A DNA stretch of 64,000 bases. Source: a virus. The DNA is taken from the IMG/VR virus record IMGVR_UViG_3300044675_005263, positions 41,347 through 105,346 of that record, one strand, 5' to 3'. The first letter of the stretch is position 1, and each line of letters starts with the position of its first letter. The notes under the pieces are model-generated. The model did no database searches and was not told the DNA's origin. It saw only the letters and a list, made by a program, of their open reading frames with translations. Positions 62,401 through 64,000 of the stretch are shown piece by piece. The position numbers and the translations under genes are program-made.

Positions 62401-64000
62401 ACAACTCTAACCAAAATGTATTTAATGGTACATATAGAGTATTAACTGCACCTAGCGGAACCACCATTAACTACACTGTAGATGAAAAAACAGAAGCCGT
62501 AGCATCAAGAAGATTACTTAGCAACACAACAGCTATTGTCAACACTGTAAATCCACATGACTTTATTGCTGGAAACTTTGTTTCTTTAGTAAGCAATAGT
62601 GGAAATGATGGATCTTTCTGGAACAATGAAGTAGATATTGCTAGCAGAGAATCATCTGGAACAACCAGAACAATTACCACAAACACTCCTCATAATTTAA
62701 CTACAGGCGAGCGTTTTGAGATTGTGTCTATGACTGGACTTCAAGCGTCCGATTTTACTGGGCAGTATGTTGTTGCATCTGCACCAAGCACAACCTCTCT
62801 TACATATGTTGGAACCACATCTCAAAGCCTATCTTTAACTACTGTAACTGGTATTTTAAGAAAGTCTTATGCGATTGCATCTATCCCATCATTTACTGTT
62901 TCAAGTAGAGTTAGAGCAGGTAACGTTGTAACTATAGTTACAACTGCTAACCACGACCTACTTGTTGGCGAAAAAGTAAGAATCAACAACATTGGCGGTG
63001 CAAGCCCAGAAGTATTTAATGGAGAACATGTAATTACAGCAACTCCTGCTGCAAACAGTTTTACATATACCACAGCAACTACTGGAACTGTTGTGTTAGC
63101 CAGCGTTGGTGGAACAATCACAGCTGTAAACCAATTTAGATACACAAGTTCTACCCATGTGCGAAATGTTACTAATAGAGCTCTTTTATCTCATACTGTT
63201 GGAACAGCAACTACATCATTCCCACACTACTTAGAGGTTGGGTCAACTGTAACTGTCGACGTAACTAGTGGAACTAGCCAAGCGGTATTTGATGGAGCTT
63301 GGGTTGTAGTATCTGTCCCAACTGCTACAACATTTACATTTACTAGAACTCCTGCAGCAAACGTAACTACCTTCACAGTTACAAACAGATCTAGAACAGT
63401 TAACGTTTGCGACGTTACCTTTAACACCACTCACAACTTAAAAGTTGGTGATTCAATTACTATTAGCAATATTACTGGTACCGATCCAGCAATATTTAAT
63501 GGAACACATGTTATTACATCTATTCCAGCAACAAATAGAGTAACTTTCTTCTCTTTAAGCTCTGGAACAATTACGACAGCAGCAGTTTCAGGAAATATAC
63601 AAGTAGAGCAGATTGCTGCTGAATCTGTTTCTGGAACCGTAACTCTCAACACAATTCCAATACAAACAACAGCATCTGGAACAGTAAAGCTAAGAGAAGT
63701 CCCAGCTGTGGCTTCTACTGGAGAGTTGATTACAGACTCAGAAATTCCTGGTCTAAGTAATCAAGCCGTGTATTACACACAGCGTGTAGATGCAAACACA
63801 GTTAGACTCTTTACAAATATCAACCTTACAACTTCAACAGACATCACTGGTGTTGGTTTAGGAACTCATTCTCTAGTTACATTCTCTGTTAACTACGACG
63901 ACAACACCATCACAATCCCTAACAACGGATTTAGCTTAGGCGAGCTTGTTGAGTATGATACTGTAGGTCAAACAGCTATTGGCGGTATAACTAGTGGAAC
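59424..64000 (+). CDS. giant virion protein, truncated by window end (not in ORF track)
   Basis: ATG 59424 with AGGAG RBS; frame appears open to the end; Gly-rich ALK/LTK-like domain (QGYQDWTVP..G.Y...GA.G) and many T..H...G..V.I.G...FNG...FTY repeats. Confidence 0.85.
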   Translation, partial: MAINITALGGSGVHTLQKVNVNLEENYIYYAKRDSGTAFPSALTDDSAWVYREGTGSITGLTDETVYYVNTDAYSVSFASSAGGSNIALSDYVPGTITLNYPNVFQNTFNISSVKFADQQAVKYLTDSTAITGLVSGNVYYVKNQLTGLGGSSLYQFTTHDFTTAGVTGRTGPTIEQLRSSYSSTTWRNTYLNQGTFQGYQDWTVPEDGVYEFNVKGAPGRQGRTLGGGGAIVQGRVRLIKGEVITFVPGQRGELPTAATTYPGSSGASWVIRKSGNIPLFVAGAGSSSSNVTVGINAVTTNNGGTSSTGQLGGTSGSGAPQRVIAGGGGGFLSAGSNGSTSGVGGGGFNNGLVGGLAPNTASGSGGFGGGGSASGTEGSSGGAGGYSGGAGNTNTANSVGGSGGSYIFPTATNLATSNGLYNGATTLLGTPITNLNLFNTGEVEGSVTVTLVERSVFGFKLHDTPTDAVGDLDAIAVEPNGSSYHSLVPVTLDIDNDIINSITPHGWSEGEGVNHFYTGTPAGGLSNTGVYYIDRIDDYRYRLSLTPDPNFTTVNITTPSNASTQGLRRVIVNTATNTITINNHGFLVDQPVRYSSGGGTAILPLQNNATYYIKEVVDANRFTLTQSLQGTVIDLTTVGTGTNHSFILTVVNDLEDTLYIPTHGYVSGQTVKYQKARDFVITSFTSSGTTRTINTAEPHGFQVNSRVTIDGLTRPTISAPAIAITRVASSAQVRTLTLGSTHSYTAGMLIQVTGLTGTFASRFNGIYVVTAVPTSNTLTYNAEESITVSEAILSGNDLASRVTRRPDLELLDHTRGLTVRSIASSGTTRTIVTNEPHYYSTGTPVWIQGISGSPTGTGIQDDIGEYFNGIYFVASAPSSNTFTYVAAHEGTPSNLDPSITFTTVAVGTSGVNAGGTVYREQILTAVTSTSFSYVMPHSSLTVGSAETITGRASKIGVRINNRNLTVGTLANLTTDVNHDLQVGDRFTIKSLNNSNQNVFNGTYRVLTAPSGTTINYTVDEKTEAVASRRLLSNTTAIVNTVNPHDFIAGNFVSLVSNSGNDGSFWNNEVDIASRESSGTTRTITTNTPHNLTTGERFEIVSMTGLQASDFTGQYVVASAPSTTSLTYVGTTSQSLSLTTVTGILRKSYAIASIPSFTVSSRVRAGNVVTIVTTANHDLLVGEKVRINNIGGASPEVFNGEHVITATPAANSFTYTTATTGTVVLASVGGTITAVNQFRYTSSTHVRNVTNRALLSHTVGTATTSFPHYLEVGSTVTVDVTSGTSQAVFDGAWVVVSVPTATTFTFTRTPAANVTTFTVTNRSRTVNVCDVTFNTTHNLKVGDSITISNITGTDPAIFNGTHVITSIPATNRVTFFSLSSGTITTAAVSGNIQVEQIAAESVSGTVTLNTIPIQTTASGTVKLREVPAVASTGELITDSEIPGLSNQAVYYTQRVDANTVRLFTNINLTTSTDITGVGLGTHSLVTFSVNYDDNTITIPNNGFSLGELVEYDTVGQTAIGGITSG

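Overview
The window is a 64-kb piece of a large, probably lytic, tailed phage of Actinomycetota (two WhiB genes, DUF3039, many leaderless genes, an HspR/HAIR operator; the moderate GC suggests a low-GC freshwater host, which is inference). Layout: (1) 1-12.4 kb, a minus-strand 'early' arm of about 27 mostly tiny acidic ORFs with repeated promoter, leader and terminator signals, plus a MoxR AAA/vWA pair. (2) 12.5-13.8 kb, a non-coding block with 13 copies of a 15-bp RTTRTWNNTTCCNGG motif, interleaved with palindromes that match actinobacterial host-repressor operators, next to a probable small terminase gene. (3) 15-36 kb, holin-like gene, tRNA-Arg(UCU), AT-rich origin candidate, class II RNR, WhiB x2, CHAP endolysin, Hsp20, dCMP deaminase, glycan enzymes, ABC-ATPase/GNAT fusion, thioredoxin, proteasome-beta-like protease, HNH, ThyX and a serine recombinase. 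(4) 36-47.5 kb, giant PA14/FN3/EEPPA surface protein, TerL, nuclease, primase-helicase and metallophosphoesterase. (5) 47.6-64 kb, collagen-like fibres and giant virion proteins. The strongest novelty candidates are the CCNGG-cored array with embedded host operators (possible packaging-end or repressor-decoy region), the apparent restriction of CCGG to CCSGG contexts, and three dispersed ~70-bp elements carrying the same core. All calls were made by eye; no searches were run.
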